Source: a bacterium BMS3Abin01
GTDB lineage: Bacteria; Actinomycetota; Thermoleophilia; BMS3ABIN01
Assembly: GCA_002897715.1 (NCBI GenBank)
Contig: BDUA01000009.1
Coordinates: 9,540 to 73,539, forward strand
Reading direction: 5' to 3'
DNA length: 64,000 nt
This document shows, piece by piece, positions 9,634 through 23,025 of the stretch (the first letter of the stretch is position 1; the number at the start of each line of letters is the position of its first letter). Below the pieces are notes generated by a model. The model had not been told where the DNA came from, made no database searches, and worked only from the letters and a program-made list of their open reading frames with translations. The position numbers and the translations under genes were made by a program.

Positions 9634-10920
9634 TTAATTGAAGGGTGCCGCCGACGGCGCCAGGTCGCCGGTCTCCACCCGCTTGATATCGGCGCCCAGC
9701 ACCTGCAGCTTCTGTTCAAAGTTCTCGTAGCCGCGATCGATATGACCGATGCGGCGCACTTCGCTCTCCCCGGACGCGGCCAGCCCCGCCAGCACCAGCG
9801 CCGCCCCGGCACGCAGGTCAGGCGCCTCCACGATCGCCCCCTCCAGACGGCTCTGGCCGTGAACCACCGCATGATGGCCGCTGGTGCGCACATCCGCCCC
9901 CAGGCGGTTCAACTCGTCCACGAAACCGAAACGGTTCTCGAAGACGTTCTCGGTGACGATGCTGTGGCCCTGGGCCAGGGACAGCAGGACTATCACCGGT
10001 GCCTGCAGGTCCGTGGGAAATCCGGGATAAGGCAGGGTGGCGATGTCGGTGCCGTGGTACGCCTCCGCGGCGCGGCAATGGATGCGGTCATCGCGCTCGT
10101 CGATGGCGGCGCCTATAGCCCGCATCTTGCTTATGAACATCTCCAGGTGCCTGGGGTTGGCTCCCTCTATCTCGATATCGCCACCGGTAACCGCCGCCGC
10201 CAGCATGAAGGTGCCGGCCTCGATGCGGTCGGGAATCACCGTGTGGGTTGCGCCGTGGAGTTCATCCACGCCGTCGATGACGATGGTTTCCGTGCCGGCG
10301 CCGCTGATGCCGGCCCCCATGGAGGTGAGGAACTTGGCAAGGTCGATCATCTCCGGTTCGCGGGCGGCGCTCTCGATAACGGTCCGCCCCCTGGCCAGGC
10401 AGGCGGCCATCATCAGGTTTTCGGTAGCACCGACGCTGGGATAGTCGAGACTGATGACGTCCCCGGTGAGGCCGTTGGTTGCCACGTTGATGAAGCCGTG
10501 ATCCGCATGGATGCGGGCGCCCAGCTTCTCCAGACCGTTGAAATGGAAATCCAGCTTGCGGGGGCCGATGTTACAACCGCCGGGCATGGCCACCCGGGCC
10601 CGGTGCAATCTGGCCAGCAGCGGCCCCATCACCGTGATGGAGGCACGCATCTTGCGCACCAGTTCATAAGGAGTGGTATGGGACAGCTTGCCGGAAGGGT
10701 CGATCTCCACGCGGTCGGGAGTAATGATTACCGTAGCGCCGATGGCTCTGAGCACGTCGGCCATGGTATAGACGTCGTTTATCAGGGGGACATTGTAGAG
10801 GACCGACTTCCCGGTAGTGAGAAGGGAGGCAGCCATGAGCTTCAGGGCGGAGTTTTTGGCCCCGGATACCCTGACCGTGCCGACCAGGGGAACCCCCCCC
10901 GTTATCTGGTACTTGAACAT
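9634..10920 (-). CDS. murA: UDP-N-acetylglucosamine 1-carboxyvinyltransferase
   Basis: 428 aa with typical MurA blocks (VSGAKNSALKLMAA, PGGCNIGPRKLD containing the catalytic Cys). Confidence 0.95.
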   Translation of the reverse strand: MFKYQITGGVPLVGTVRVSGAKNSALKLMAASLLTTGKSVLYNVPLINDVYTMADVLRAIGATVIITPDRVEIDPSGKLSHTTPYELVRKMRASITVMGPLLARLHRARVAMPGGCNIGPRKLDFHFNGLEKLGARIHADHGFINVATNGLTGDVISLDYPSVGATENLMMAACLARGRTVIESAAREPEMIDLAKFLTSMGAGISGAGTETIVIDGVDELHGATHTVIPDRIEAGTFMLAAAVTGGDIEIEGANPRHLEMFISKMRAIGAAIDERDDRIHCRAAEAYHGTDIATLPYPGFPTDLQAPVIVLLSLAQGHSIVTENVFENRFGFVDELNRLGADVRTSGHHAVVHGQSRLEGAIVEAPDLRAGAALVLAGLAASGESEVRRIGHIDRGYENFEQKLQVLGADIKRVETGDLAPSAAPFN

Positions 10921-11039
10921 CAGCTTCTGGATCCTGGATTCCGGAAATTAGATTCAGCCCGTCTACCTGTTAGGGACGCGGGCCTCGAAACCTTTATTAT
11001 CATCCAGCACCTGCCTTCCGGTTCCGAGAGCGGACCCGG

Positions 11040-11486
11040 TTATTCGGCACCGGCTACCTTCAACCGGTTGCGGGCCCGGTGCATCGAACTGTAGGCGCGG
11101 TTGGTATCAACGCTGGAATCGCCGTGCCTGGCCTTCTCCATCCATTCCTCGGCCCGGACCAGAGCTTTACGTGAGCGCTCCACGTCTATCTCTGATGCCC
11201 TTTCAGCGGTATCGACCGTCAGCAGCAGCCGGTCATACTGCACCTTGACGTAACCGTCACCGACGGCGAACCGATCACGGCTACCCTCTTCTCCCATGAC
11301 TATCACCTTGCCGATGACGGTTCTGGAGACGATGGGAGCGTGCCGGGGCAGGATGCCCAGTTCACCTATCTTGCCGGGGACCACGACCATTATGGCGCAA
11401 TCATCGTACTTCAGCCCTTCCGGCGTAACGATCTCGCATTTGAGTTTACATTTTTTTGTAATATCAGGTTCCATCTTTGTCTTCAC
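11040..11486 (-). CDS. atpC: F1 ATP synthase epsilon subunit
   Basis: LKCEIVTPEG...VPGKIGELGILPRHAPIVS; it is the last gene of the atp operon. Confidence 0.9.
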   Translation of the reverse strand: MKTKMEPDITKKCKLKCEIVTPEGLKYDDCAIMVVVPGKIGELGILPRHAPIVSRTVIGKVIVMGEEGSRDRFAVGDGYVKVQYDRLLLTVDTAERASEIDVERSRKALVRAEEWMEKARHGDSSVDTNRAYSSMHRARNRLKVAGAE

Positions 11487-11506
11487 CGGGTGATGCCCCC
11501 CGTGGC

Positions 11507-13009
<1,503 letters not shown>

Positions 13010-13029
13010 TTAAATCTTTGTCAGACCCA

Positions 13030-13920
13030 TCATGACAGGGCCTCCGCTCCCGCCACCACTTCCAGGATCTCCTGGGTGATGGCCGCCTGGCGCGCCCGGT
13101 TCATCCGCAGCGTCAGATGTTCGATCATTTCCTCGGCGTTCTCCGAAGCGCTGCGCATGGCGGTCATGCGGGCGCCATGCTCGCTGGCCGTCGACTCCAG
13201 CAGGGCACGGTAGAGGGCCGTATCCACATAGGTGGGAAGCAGATCGTTGAGGATGGCGGCGGCATTGGGCTCATAGATGAAATCTCCCTCCGTCGCTCCC
13301 TCGGCTTCCGCCACGGCTATGACCTCGGCCACCTCGCCGCCCATGGGCAGGATGACCTGGTCGGTCACAACCTGTTCCATGGGTGTCTTGAAATGGTTGT
13401 AGACCAGATGGACCTTATCCAGTTCGTAACTGGCGTACATATCGACAATGGACTTGGCGATGCCGGCGGCATCGGAATACTTGGGCCGGTCGGTGATGCC
13501 CTGCACGGCCTCCGACAGGCTATGGCCGCGGAAGCGCATGGACGAACACCCCTTCTTGCCGATGACGATCCAGACCACCTCCTTGCCCTCAGCGTGGATA
13601 CTGTCGTGCAGCTCCAGGCCGTGCCTGAGGATATTGGAATTGAAGGCGCCGGCGAGGCCGCGGTCTCCGGTGAGCATGACGATGCCCACCCGCTTCTCCT
13701 CCTCGTGGGTCTCCAGCAGGGCGAACTTCTCACTGGTGTCCGCGTGCCGGGCGACCTCCTGCATCAGCTCGATCATACGCTCGGCGTAGGGCCGCAGCGA
13801 CTCGATGCGTGCCTGCGCGCGCCGGAGGCGGGCGCCGGCCACCATCTCCATGGCCTTGGTGGTCTTGCGTGTATTGCTTACGGAGGCGATTCTCCGTGAT
13901 ATATCCTGTAACTGAGCCAT
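13030..13920 (-). CDS. atpG: F1 ATP synthase gamma subunit
   Basis: Typical N- and C-terminal coiled-coil helices (ITKAMEMVA..., ...ITQEILEVVAGAEAL). Confidence 0.95.
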   Translation of the reverse strand: MAQLQDISRRIASVSNTRKTTKAMEMVAGARLRRAQARIESLRPYAERMIELMQEVARHADTSEKFALLETHEEEKRVGIVMLTGDRGLAGAFNSNILRHGLELHDSIHAEGKEVVWIVIGKKGCSSMRFRGHSLSEAVQGITDRPKYSDAAGIAKSIVDMYASYELDKVHLVYNHFKTPMEQVVTDQVILPMGGEVAEVIAVAEAEGATEGDFIYEPNAAAILNDLLPTYVDTALYRALLESTASEHGARMTAMRSASENAEEMIEHLTLRMNRARQAAITQEILEVVAGAEALS

Positions 13921-13947
13921 ATTATCCTGTGATATGCATGGTCGGGG

Positions 13948-15481
<1,534 letters not shown>

Positions 15482-15510
<29 letters not shown>

Positions 15511-16054
15511 TCCCTAAATTAGCTTGGGTAAGCCTGACGCGCAGCTGCTCCAGCTGTGCCTTCAGGCTTCCATCCACAATTACATCTTCGAACCTGAGCA
15601 CCAGACCGCCGATGATGTCCTTACGGACGGTCTCCTTCATCTCAACCTTCTTGTGGGTTGCCTGCTCGATCCGTTCACGAATTTTTTCCCTGGTCTCATC
15701 CTGCAACTCGATTGCCGTCGTGACCTCCACCTCCATCAGCCCCTTCTCCTGCCGAACCAGGTCCTGGAACCGGTCATTGATGTCGGTGATGAGATCGGCG
15801 TGGAGCTTGTCGATAAGCACGTCGAGGCCGTTGATGAAGATGCGGTCGGCGCCCGCGGTCAGCTCCGTGACGACAGCTTTCTTCGTCCGGGAGTCGATTA
15901 TGGGGTTGTGCATGGCCCCGGTCAGCTCCGGTGATTCCTTCATGGCCTCGGCGAACGCGGACAGGTCGGCACCGGTGGCATCCAGCGTGCCTGCCTCCCT
16001 GGCGGCCTCGAACAGAGCCTGGGCGTAAACATTCGTTATCTGCTCTTTGCCCAA
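15482..16054 (-). CDS. atpH: F1 ATP synthase delta (OSCP) subunit
   Basis: 190 aa, [10 protein letters not shown]-terminus; position between atpF and atpA. Confidence 0.85.
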
Positions 16055-16057
16055 GCC

Positions 16058-16564
16058 TCAATCTCCTTCAGAAGCCAGTTTATCGAAATCGACTTCGGAG
16101 AGAGCCTCATCCACCAGGCGCAGATGATCCTCCTTGTTGATGCTCTTGGAGGTCACCTTGCCGGCAGCCAGGATGGCCAGGTCGGCGACTTCATCCTTGA
16201 GCTCCCGGATCGCCTTCCTGGTCTCACGCTGTATCTGCTTGCGGGCGTCGTCAACCTCTTTCTGGGCCAGATCCCTGGCCTCGTTGACGATATCGTTCTT
16301 GGTGGATTCGCCCACCTTGTGGGCGCGTTCGATTATCTCCTCAGCCTCGCGCTTGGCGTTGGCTATGCTCTCGCGGTACTCCGCCAGCAGCCGTTCGGCC
16401 TCGCGGCGGGTATTCTCAGCCGCCTCGATGCTCTCGGCGATGGCGTTACGCCGGTTGTCGATCATGTTCTGGATGGGACCGAAAGCAAACTTCTTCAATA
16501 CCAGAAGCAGGACCACGAAAGTGATCAGGGTCCATATCATTAATCCAGGTACGATTTCTAACAT
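16058..16564 (-). CDS. atpF: Fo ATP synthase b subunit
   Basis: Single N-terminal TM helix followed by a long charged helix; operon position. Confidence 0.85.
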   Translation of the reverse strand: MLEIVPGLMIWTLITFVVLLLVLKKFAFGPIQNMIDNRRNAIAESIEAAENTRREAERLLAEYRESIANAKREAEEIIERAHKVGESTKNDIVNEARDLAQKEVDDARKQIQRETRKAIRELKDEVADLAILAAGKVTSKSINKEDHLRLVDEALSEVDFDKLASEGD

Positions 16565-16657
16565 ATCGTTTTAGTTGACACCTCCATTAAACGGTCGTCC
16601 CGGCGGGCGTGGGCATGCGACTCACGCCCCACCGGCTTCGGGTCCCCGGGACCGTTC

Positions 16658-16891
<234 letters not shown>

Positions 16892-16966
16892 CTAACCTCC
16901 CTTCTCGTGATCCGTTTTCAGCCCCGGGGGGAACAGGTCCATGCCCGGCGCCCAGTATCTCTTTCG

Positions 16967-17806
16967 TCAGTGTTCCTGATGGATCGCTCCACCGATGTAC
17001 ACGGCCGACAGTATGGCGAAGATGAACGCCTGGATGCCGGCTACGAAAATCTCAAACAGGCTGATGGCGATAACGCCGCCTTCCAGCAGTACGGCCAGAT
17101 ATGCCGTCGCCAGCGACAGCATGAATATCAGGGAATAAAAGACCAGTATCATGATATGGCCGGCCAGCATGTTGGCCCAGAGCCGGACGGACAGTGACAC
17201 CACGCGGAAAACCTCGCTGATGGCATGAAGGACGAACAGGAACGGTTTCATGACGCCCGGCGCCGTCCCCGGCACCCAGTTCTTGTAATACCTGAGAACG
17301 CCGTTGGTCTTCATGCCGGCGATATGGGTAAGGAAAAAGGTCATCAGGGCCAGGGCCACGGTAACATTCAGATTGGAGGTGGCCGCGTAGGTCTTGAACT
17401 CGGGCAGGTGTTTCGCCCAGCTTTCATCCAGCAGTGACAGGGGGATGGGAAGCAGGCCGATGATGTTGTTGAACAGGATAAAGGTGAACAGGGTGGCGAT
17501 GTACGGGAACCAGGTTCTGACCGCGCTGGCCGGCATCACCGAGCCGACCAGGCCGTCGCGGAGGAACTCGTACAGCGCCTCGAAGGCCACCTGTTTGCGA
17601 TCCGGCAGGACCTTGGCCACCCGGGCCAGGCTGATGAACAGGACCGCAATGATGAAAGCAGCCATGAAAAGATATATGACCACGGTGTTGATGGACATGT
17701 CGAACGGTCCCAGGTGGAAACTGAGCTGATGGCCGCCGATGCTGATGGGCCGCAACGCATGTTCAAACTCATCGGCCGGGTTCAGCTGTCCCGCGCTTTC
17801 GCTCAT
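16967..17806 (-). CDS. atpB: Fo ATP synthase a subunit
   Basis: Polytopic protein with the conserved LSVRLWANMLAGH (essential Arg) motif. Confidence 0.9.
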   Translation of the reverse strand: MSESAGQLNPADEFEHALRPISIGGHQLSFHLGPFDMSINTVVIYLFMAAFIIAVLFISLARVAKVLPDRKQVAFEALYEFLRDGLVGSVMPASAVRTWFPYIATLFTFILFNNIIGLLPIPLSLLDESWAKHLPEFKTYAATSNLNVTVALALMTFFLTHIAGMKTNGVLRYYKNWVPGTAPGVMKPFLFVLHAISEVFRVVSLSVRLWANMLAGHIMILVFYSLIFMLSLATAYLAVLLEGGVIAISLFEIFVAGIQAFIFAILSAVYIGGAIHQEH

Positions 17807-18189
17807 GCCTCACCTCCCGCAGCCGGAGGGCGGACCATTCCGCGCCCCTTGATGCCCAAGGCTATCTCCAGCCCGAAGAACAGCGTGTATACGGCCAGAA
17901 AACAGACCGCCGTAAACAGGAAATACTCCGGCAGAGCCACGGCGATGGCCACCAGTCCCAGCCCCATCAGGCCCAGCCTGAGCAGAAAACTTATCACGGC
18001 GACGCCAGCGGCGGCGCTGGTACTGAGACGGGACATGGCCTTGAAGAAGACCAGGGACAGGGCGAAGTTGACGGCGAACAGGCAGGATGCCAGCAGCCAG
18101 GGAACCAGCAGGGGCCGGTAGACCATCCCTACCGCGAGGCCCGCGGCCATGAGTAGACCCGACATTGTCGTCAGCTTCATGTTTAGCAA
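17803..18189 (-). CDS. ATP synthase operon small membrane protein (AtpI-like)
   Basis: 128 aa with four hydrophobic segments. It lies immediately upstream of and overlaps atpB. The call rests on position and hydrophobicity only. Confidence 0.5.
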   Translation of the reverse strand: MLNMKLTTMSGLLMAAGLAVGMVYRPLLVPWLLASCLFAVNFALSLVFFKAMSRLSTSAAAGVAVISFLLRLGLMGLGLVAIAVALPEYFLFTAVCFLAVYTLFFGLEIALGIKGRGMVRPPAAGGEA

Positions 18190-18215
18190 TCTGAGCCTTC
18201 CGCCTCTCTGTCAAA

Positions 18216-18431
18216 TTACTGTACGCGTTTATACACTCCATAGAGGCCCAACGCGAAACCCGCAAAAATGCCCGTAATCAGGAAGAGCGGAGAGGTATGG
18301 ACCAGATAGTCCAGGCCAAACCCGCAAAAGGTACCTAAAAAAACCCCCCCGAGCAGGTAGAAAGTTATCCACTCCCAACCCGAAGAGCTCTGCCCCCACC
18401 CGCCATTCGGTTTTGCCTTGTTCCCGGCCAA
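18216..18431 (-). CDS. AtpZ/ATPase_gene1-family small membrane protein
   Basis: 71 aa with two TM helices (GGVFLGTFCGFGLD...ITGIFAGFALGLYGVY). It is the first gene of the atp cluster. Confidence 0.6.
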   Translation of the reverse strand: MAGNKAKPNGGWGQSSSGWEWITFYLLGGVFLGTFCGFGLDYLVHTSPLFLITGIFAGFALGLYGVYKRVQ

Positions 18432-18499
18432 ATTAAAAACCGCGTCAGTATATCACGGTAAAATTAATGCTACAAGAGCCCCCGGGGGTATTGGTAATA

Positions 18500-19576
18500 C
18501 TACCGTAAATGAGGGCTCCTGCGTGTTCGAATCTTTAATATCTCCAGTAAGTAAATCAGATAGAAGCTCACTGCCATGACCAGGACCGCCAGGATTATGG
18601 TGACAAAACGTGGCGCGAAGCGCATGGACAGGGCCAGGGCGCTGGTCAGACTCACCCAGGCATACAGCACCAGGACCGCTTTGCGCTGGGAGAAACCGAT
18701 ATTGAACAGACGGTGGTGCAGGTGGCCGCGGTCCGGCTGGAATATGGACCGCTTGTTCTTGGCCCTCCGGAGGATGGCAAATGACAGATCGAAGATGGGG
18801 ATGCCCAGGATCAGCAGCGGCAGCACCAGGGTGACGGTCGCCACGCTCTTGAGCACGCCGCCCACAGTCACCGCCGCCAGCACGAACCCCAGGAGCATGG
18901 AGCCCGAATCCCCCATGAATATGGATGCCGGATAGAAATTGTACCGCAGGAAGCCCAGGGTGGTGCCGGCCAGGATGGCAGCCAGGATGGCGGCTTCCGA
19001 CCGGCCCATGGAGATGGCGATGATGGAGAAGGTGATGGCGGCGATAGTACATACTCCTGCCGCCAGGCCGTCCATGCCGTCGATGAAGTTGAAGATGTTG
19101 ACCAGCACCACCACCCACAGCAGCGTCAGCGGTATCGCCAGCTCCGGCCCCAGCTCGATGGTGCCCAGGAGCGGCAAGGTGATGAATTCGATGCGGATAC
19201 CGTAATAGACCAGGCAGCCGGCGGCGATGAACTGCCCGGCGAATTTCACCAGGGGGCCGGTGCCACGAAAGTCATCCACCGCGCCGAACAGGGTGATGAT
19301 GACCGCGCCCAGCAGAACACCCTTCATCTCGCTGGTGAGCGGCAGGAACAGCAGGGCCGGGATGATAAAACCGAAGAAGATGGCCAGGCCACCCAGACGC
19401 GGCACCGGGTCCGTGTGGATCTTGCGGTGGTCGGGCTGGTCCATGGCCCCCATGCGGCGGGCGAGGTTGGTCACCGTCGGCGTGATCAACAGCACGATGA
19501 TGGCCGCCAGCACAAAAGCGAACACCGCTGCCGTTTCATCCCTGAGGAAGAACTCGATGACTGTGGATATCTCCAC
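18500..19576 (-). CDS. Polyprenyl-phosphate N-acetylhexosamine-1-phosphate transferase (glycosyltransferase family 4, WecA/TagO/MraY-like)
   Basis: Polytopic protein with GAVDDF, NFIDGMDGLA and the FMGDSGS motifs of the MraY/WecA superfamily. Confidence 0.85.
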   Translation of the reverse strand: MEISTVIEFFLRDETAAVFAFVLAAIIVLLITPTVTNLARRMGAMDQPDHRKIHTDPVPRLGGLAIFFGFIIPALLFLPLTSEMKGVLLGAVIITLFGAVDDFRGTGPLVKFAGQFIAAGCLVYYGIRIEFITLPLLGTIELGPELAIPLTLLWVVVLVNIFNFIDGMDGLAAGVCTIAAITFSIIAISMGRSEAAILAAILAGTTLGFLRYNFYPASIFMGDSGSMLLGFVLAAVTVGGVLKSVATVTLVLPLLILGIPIFDLSFAILRRAKNKRSIFQPDRGHLHHRLFNIGFSQRKAVLVLYAWVSLTSALALSMRFAPRFVTIILAVLVMAVSFYLIYLLEILKIRTRRSPHLR

Positions 19577-19579
19577 CGC

Positions 19580-20083
19580 TCAGCTCCCGATCCGGTGTAC
19601 CCTGATACCCGCTTCGCCGAGCAGGTCCGACGCCAGTTCGTCAGGATAGCCCTCATCGAAGTAAACCTCGACGATGCCGGCGTTGATGATCATCTTGGCG
19701 CACAGGGAACAGGGTTGGTGGGTGCAGTACAGGGTGGACCCTTCAATCTTGACTCCGTGCAGCGCCGCCTGGACGATGGCGTTCTGCTCAGCGTGCAGGG
19801 CGCGGCAGAGTTCGTGGCGCTCTCCGGAAGGGATCCCCAGCTTCTCGCGCAGGCAGCCCACTTCGATGCAGTGGCTGATATCGCGGGGGGCGCCGTTGTA
19901 CCCGGTGGAGAGGATGCGTTTTTCCTTGACCAGCACCGCCCCTACCTGCCGCCTGAGACAGGTGGAACGGGTGGCTACCTGTGATGCTATCTGAAAGAAG
20001 TACTCTTCCCAGCTGGGACGTGACATGTGTGGGGAAACCGGGACCGCGGCCAGGAACTCGTCCTTCCCCTTTTTGCTGCTCAT
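19580..20083 (-). CDS. Deoxycytidylate (dCMP) deaminase, ComEB-like
   Basis: HAEQNAI and PCSLCAKMI zinc-binding deaminase motifs. I chose the start at MSSKKG; the longer track ORF would overlap glyA. Confidence 0.85.
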   Translation of the reverse strand: MSSKKGKDEFLAAVPVSPHMSRPSWEEYFFQIASQVATRSTCLRRQVGAVLVKEKRILSTGYNGAPRDISHCIEVGCLREKLGIPSGERHELCRALHAEQNAIVQAALHGVKIEGSTLYCTHQPCSLCAKMIINAGIVEVYFDEGYPDELASDLLGEAGIRVHRIGS

Positions 20084-20156
20084 AAAGCTGTCCCCGTGCG
20101 TAGCTTGACTGGCTCCTAGGTTATCCACCCCGACTCCTGTTTGCAAGAAAAGGCTG

Positions 20157-21440
20157 TCAGAGATACGGATAAAGCGGGAAGCCGGCCAGCAGTTCTTCGG
20201 TCCGCCGGCGCAGCCTGGCGATCTCGTCAGCGGACACATGCGGGTTCAGCGCTCCCAGCAGGATCCCGGCTACCTCGTCCATCTCCGCCTCGCGGAAGCC
20301 CCGGGTGGTAACCGCGGGCGTGCCCAGGCGGATGCCGCTGGTCACGGTCGGCGGCAGTTGATCGAAGGGGACGGCGTTCTTGTTCACAGTGATACCCACC
20401 TGTTCCAGCCGGTCTTCCGCCTCGATGCCGGTGATGCCGATGTCGGTCAGATCCGCCAGGATGAGGTGGTTATCCGTACCGCCGGAGACCAGGGTGATGC
20501 CTCCCTCCTGCAGACGCTGGGCCAGCAGCGCAGCGTTATCGATGGTCTGCTGCTGGCGTTCCCTGAACTCCTCGGTGGCAGCCAGCTTGAAGCAGACCGC
20601 CTTGCCGGCGATGACGTGCACCAGAGGACCTCCCTGAAGCCCCGGGAATATAGCCTTGTCCACCGCCCGCGCATGCTCCTGTCTGCAGATGATGACCCCC
20701 GAACGGGGACCCCCCAGGGTCTTGTGAGTCGTGGTAGTCACGTATTCGCTGACCGCCACCGGGTCGGGATGGAGCCCCGCGGCCACCAGGCCGGCGATGT
20801 GGGCCATGTCCACCATCAGCCTGGCGCCCACACCCCGGGCGATATCCGCGAACCGCTCAAAATCTATGATGCGGGGGTAGGCGCTGGCGCCGGCGACGAT
20901 CATCCTTGGCCGGTGTTCCCGCGCCAGCTTCTCGATCTGGTCGTAGTCCAGTTGCCCGGTCTCGCGGCTGACGCCGTAACCGTGGGCGTGATAGAAGCGT
21001 CCGGAGAAGTTCACCTTGAGGCCGTGGGAGAGGTGGCCGCCGTGGTCCAGCTTCATGGCGAGGATGCTGTCGCCCAGGGAAAGGTCGGCGAAATAGACCG
21101 CCTGGTTGGCACTGGAGCCGCTATGGGGCTGCACGTTGACGTGCTCGGCGCCGAACAGCTGCTTGCACCGCTCGATAGCCAGGTTCTCCACTTCGTCCAC
21201 TACCTCACAGCCGCCGTAATAGCGCGCCCCGGGATAACCCTCGGCATACTTGTTGGTGAGAACCGATGCCACCGCCTCCAGGACGGCGCGGCTGGTGAAG
21301 TTCTCCGAGGCTATGAGCTCGATGGTGCGCCGCTGGCGCTCCAGCTCCCTTCCCACCATCCCGGCGAGGCCGGCATCGGCCTCTTCCAGAGACTTGAGAA
21401 AATCAGGATCTGTCTTCGGTTCTACTCCGGGCTCTGCCAA
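20157..21440 (-). CDS. glyA: Serine hydroxymethyltransferase
   Basis: Typical SHMT blocks including [14 protein letters not shown] (PLP lysine). Confidence 0.97.
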   Translation of the reverse strand: MAEPGVEPKTDPDFLKSLEEADAGLAGMVGRELERQRRTIELIASENFTSRAVLEAVASVLTNKYAEGYPGARYYGGCEVVDEVENLAIERCKQLFGAEHVNVQPHSGSSANQAVYFADLSLGDSILAMKLDHGGHLSHGLKVNFSGRFYHAHGYGVSRETGQLDYDQIEKLAREHRPRMIVAGASAYPRIIDFERFADIARGVGARLMVDMAHIAGLVAAGLHPDPVAVSEYVTTTTHKTLGGPRSGVIICRQEHARAVDKAIFPGLQGGPLVHVIAGKAVCFKLAATEEFRERQQQTIDNAALLAQRLQEGGITLVSGGTDNHLILADLTDIGITGIEAEDRLEQVGITVNKNAVPFDQLPPTVTSGIRLGTPAVTTRGFREAEMDEVAGILLGALNPHVSADEIARLRRRTEELLAGFPLYPYL

Positions 21441-21877
21441 TTCTCTTCCAGCTCCGCGATGATGTTAAGGCGGCGTTCATGCCGGCCGCCTTCGAACGGT
21501 GTGGACATCCAGACATCAAGGATATCAAAGATCGACTCCTGCTCCAGCGTGCGCTGTCCCAGACACAGGATGTTGGCGTCGTTATGCCGCCGGCTCATCT
21601 CCGCCTGGCTGATATCACAGGGCGACACGGCCCTGATACCCGCCACCTTGTTGGCGGTTATGCACATGCCCAGCCCCGTACCGCAAAACAGCAGTCCCCG
21701 GTCGGCCCGGCGCGATGATACGGCCCGGGAGACCTGGATGGCGAAATGGGGATAATCAACACTCTGCGATGAGTCCGTACCCAGATCGATGACCTGGTGG
21801 CCATCGTTCCGGAGCCGTTCCATGATAGTCTGTTTCAGCTCATAACCGGCGTGGTCGGCCGCAAGGGCTATCTTCAC
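21422..21877 (-). CDS. rpiB: Ribose-5-phosphate isomerase B
   Basis: [15 protein letters not shown] and [13 protein letters not shown] motifs of RpiB/LacAB. Confidence 0.9.
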   Translation of the reverse strand: MKIALAADHAGYELKQTIMERLRNDGHQVIDLGTDSSQSVDYPHFAIQVSRAVSSRRADRGLLFCGTGLGMCITANKVAGIRAVSPCDISQAEMSRRHNDANILCLGQRTLEQESIFDILDVWMSTPFEGGRHERRLNIIAELEENWQSPE

Positions 21878-22374
21878 CTATCCTCCTCGTTCAACAGGCC
21901 TTTCAGTATCCGCGGCAGGGCCGGAGACATCATTTCCAGCACTTGCGTGTAATACCGCTCCGATTGCCCGATGGGGTCGGGCACATCGATTCCCTCCGCG
22001 TCTTCCCTGGAAAGCCGCCGGGGAAACAGCAGAGCCAAGTATATCCTATTTTCAAATTCGGGGAACTGCGCCACCAGTTCGAAACAGTGGCGGCGGGTCA
22101 TGCCCAGGACGAAGTCCGACGCCGCCATTATGGACCGGCTGACCTCCCGTGCCCGGTGGGATGAAAGATCCAGCCCCCAGCGCCGGGCGGCCCGCTGTCC
22201 CTGGCGGGTGGCCGGGTTCCCGTTCAGGGCGAATGTGCCGGCGGAGCTTATCCGGAAGCGATCGCCCAGCCCCTGCTTCTCCACATAATCCTTAAGCAGC
22301 GCCTCCGCCAGCGGGCTGCGGCAGATATTGCCGGTGCAGACGAAGAGGACATCGGTAGGCGGCGAGACGGACAT
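21874..22374 (-). CDS. Low-molecular-weight protein tyrosine/arginine phosphatase
   Basis: P-loop VCTGNICRSPLAE (CX5R-S). Synteny matches ywlE of Firmicutes. Confidence 0.85.
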   Translation of the reverse strand: MSVSPPTDVLFVCTGNICRSPLAEALLKDYVEKQGLGDRFRISSAGTFALNGNPATRQGQRAARRWGLDLSSHRAREVSRSIMAASDFVLGMTRRHCFELVAQFPEFENRIYLALLFPRRLSREDAEGIDVPDPIGQSERYYTQVLEMMSPALPRILKGLLNEEDR

Positions 22375-22377
22375 GCC

Positions 22378-23025
22378 CTACAGCCCCCGTCCTTCGATCA
22401 GGTTCTCCACCCGGCGCCGGTCCATGGCCCCTTCCCTGAGTATGAGGGGACGGCCGCCGGCGGCGGCGGGTCGCAGGTCGACGACCGTCGATGGTTCGGC
22501 GATCCGGCTGCGTCCCGCGTCTATGACAAACTCGCATCGACTGAGTATGGCCTCGGGGACCTCGTAAACGGCGCAGGGCTCGCAATCGCCGGCGGGGTTG
22601 GCGCTGGTCAGCGCCAGAGGCAGCGGCAGGTGGCTAAATTGCCGGCTGAACCGGGGCGGTACCACCCTGGCGCCGATGCTGCCGCCTGCACGTGAGCCCA
22701 GGGCCGCCGCCTCCTCGCTGGTGGCGGGCAGGATGACGGTGACCGGGCCGGGCAGCAGCGCCGCCAGCATACCTGACAATATCTGCGGCAGGCTGGGCAG
22801 CATCGACCTTATCTGCCGGAGGTCGGAGAACATGAGAGCGACCGGTTTTCCCCTCTCCCGCTTCTTGGCGGCATAAAGCCTGTCCATGGCCTCGGGGACG
22901 CCCGGCACACACGCCAGACCATAGACCGTGTCGGTGGGCAGGCAGGCCAGCCCCCCCTCTCTGAGCGCCCGGGCGGCGGCCGACCAGTCCCCCGATCCCA
23001 TTTTCCCCAGTTCATAGACCTTCAT
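22378..23025 (-). CDS. tsaC: L-threonylcarbamoyladenylate synthase (TsaC/YwlC/Sua5 family)
   Basis: LPTDTVYGLA and the KKRERGKP motif of the YrdC/Sua5 domain. Confidence 0.8.
   Translation of the reverse strand: MKVYELGKMGSGDWSAAARALREGGLACLPTDTVYGLACVPGVPEAMDRLYAAKKRERGKPVALMFSDLRQIRSMLPSLPQILSGMLAALLPGPVTVILPATSEEAAALGSRAGGSIGARVVPPRFSRQFSHLPLPLALTSANPAGDCEPCAVYEVPEAILSRCEFVIDAGRSRIAEPSTVVDLRPAAAGGRPLILREGAMDRRRVENLIEGRGL

Noticed and set aside
9607-11094. Long antisense ORFs: 495 aa opposite murA, 505 aa at 20238-21755 opposite glyA, 620 aa at 29163-31025 opposite fumarase/malic enzyme, 506 aa at 35878-37398 opposite clpB, and many others in the track.
   Set aside because: Each lies opposite a gene with unmistakable conserved motifs. 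Their translations are Arg/Gly/Pro/Ala-rich and low-complexity, typical of shadow ORFs in high-GC DNA. No motif was recognisable.
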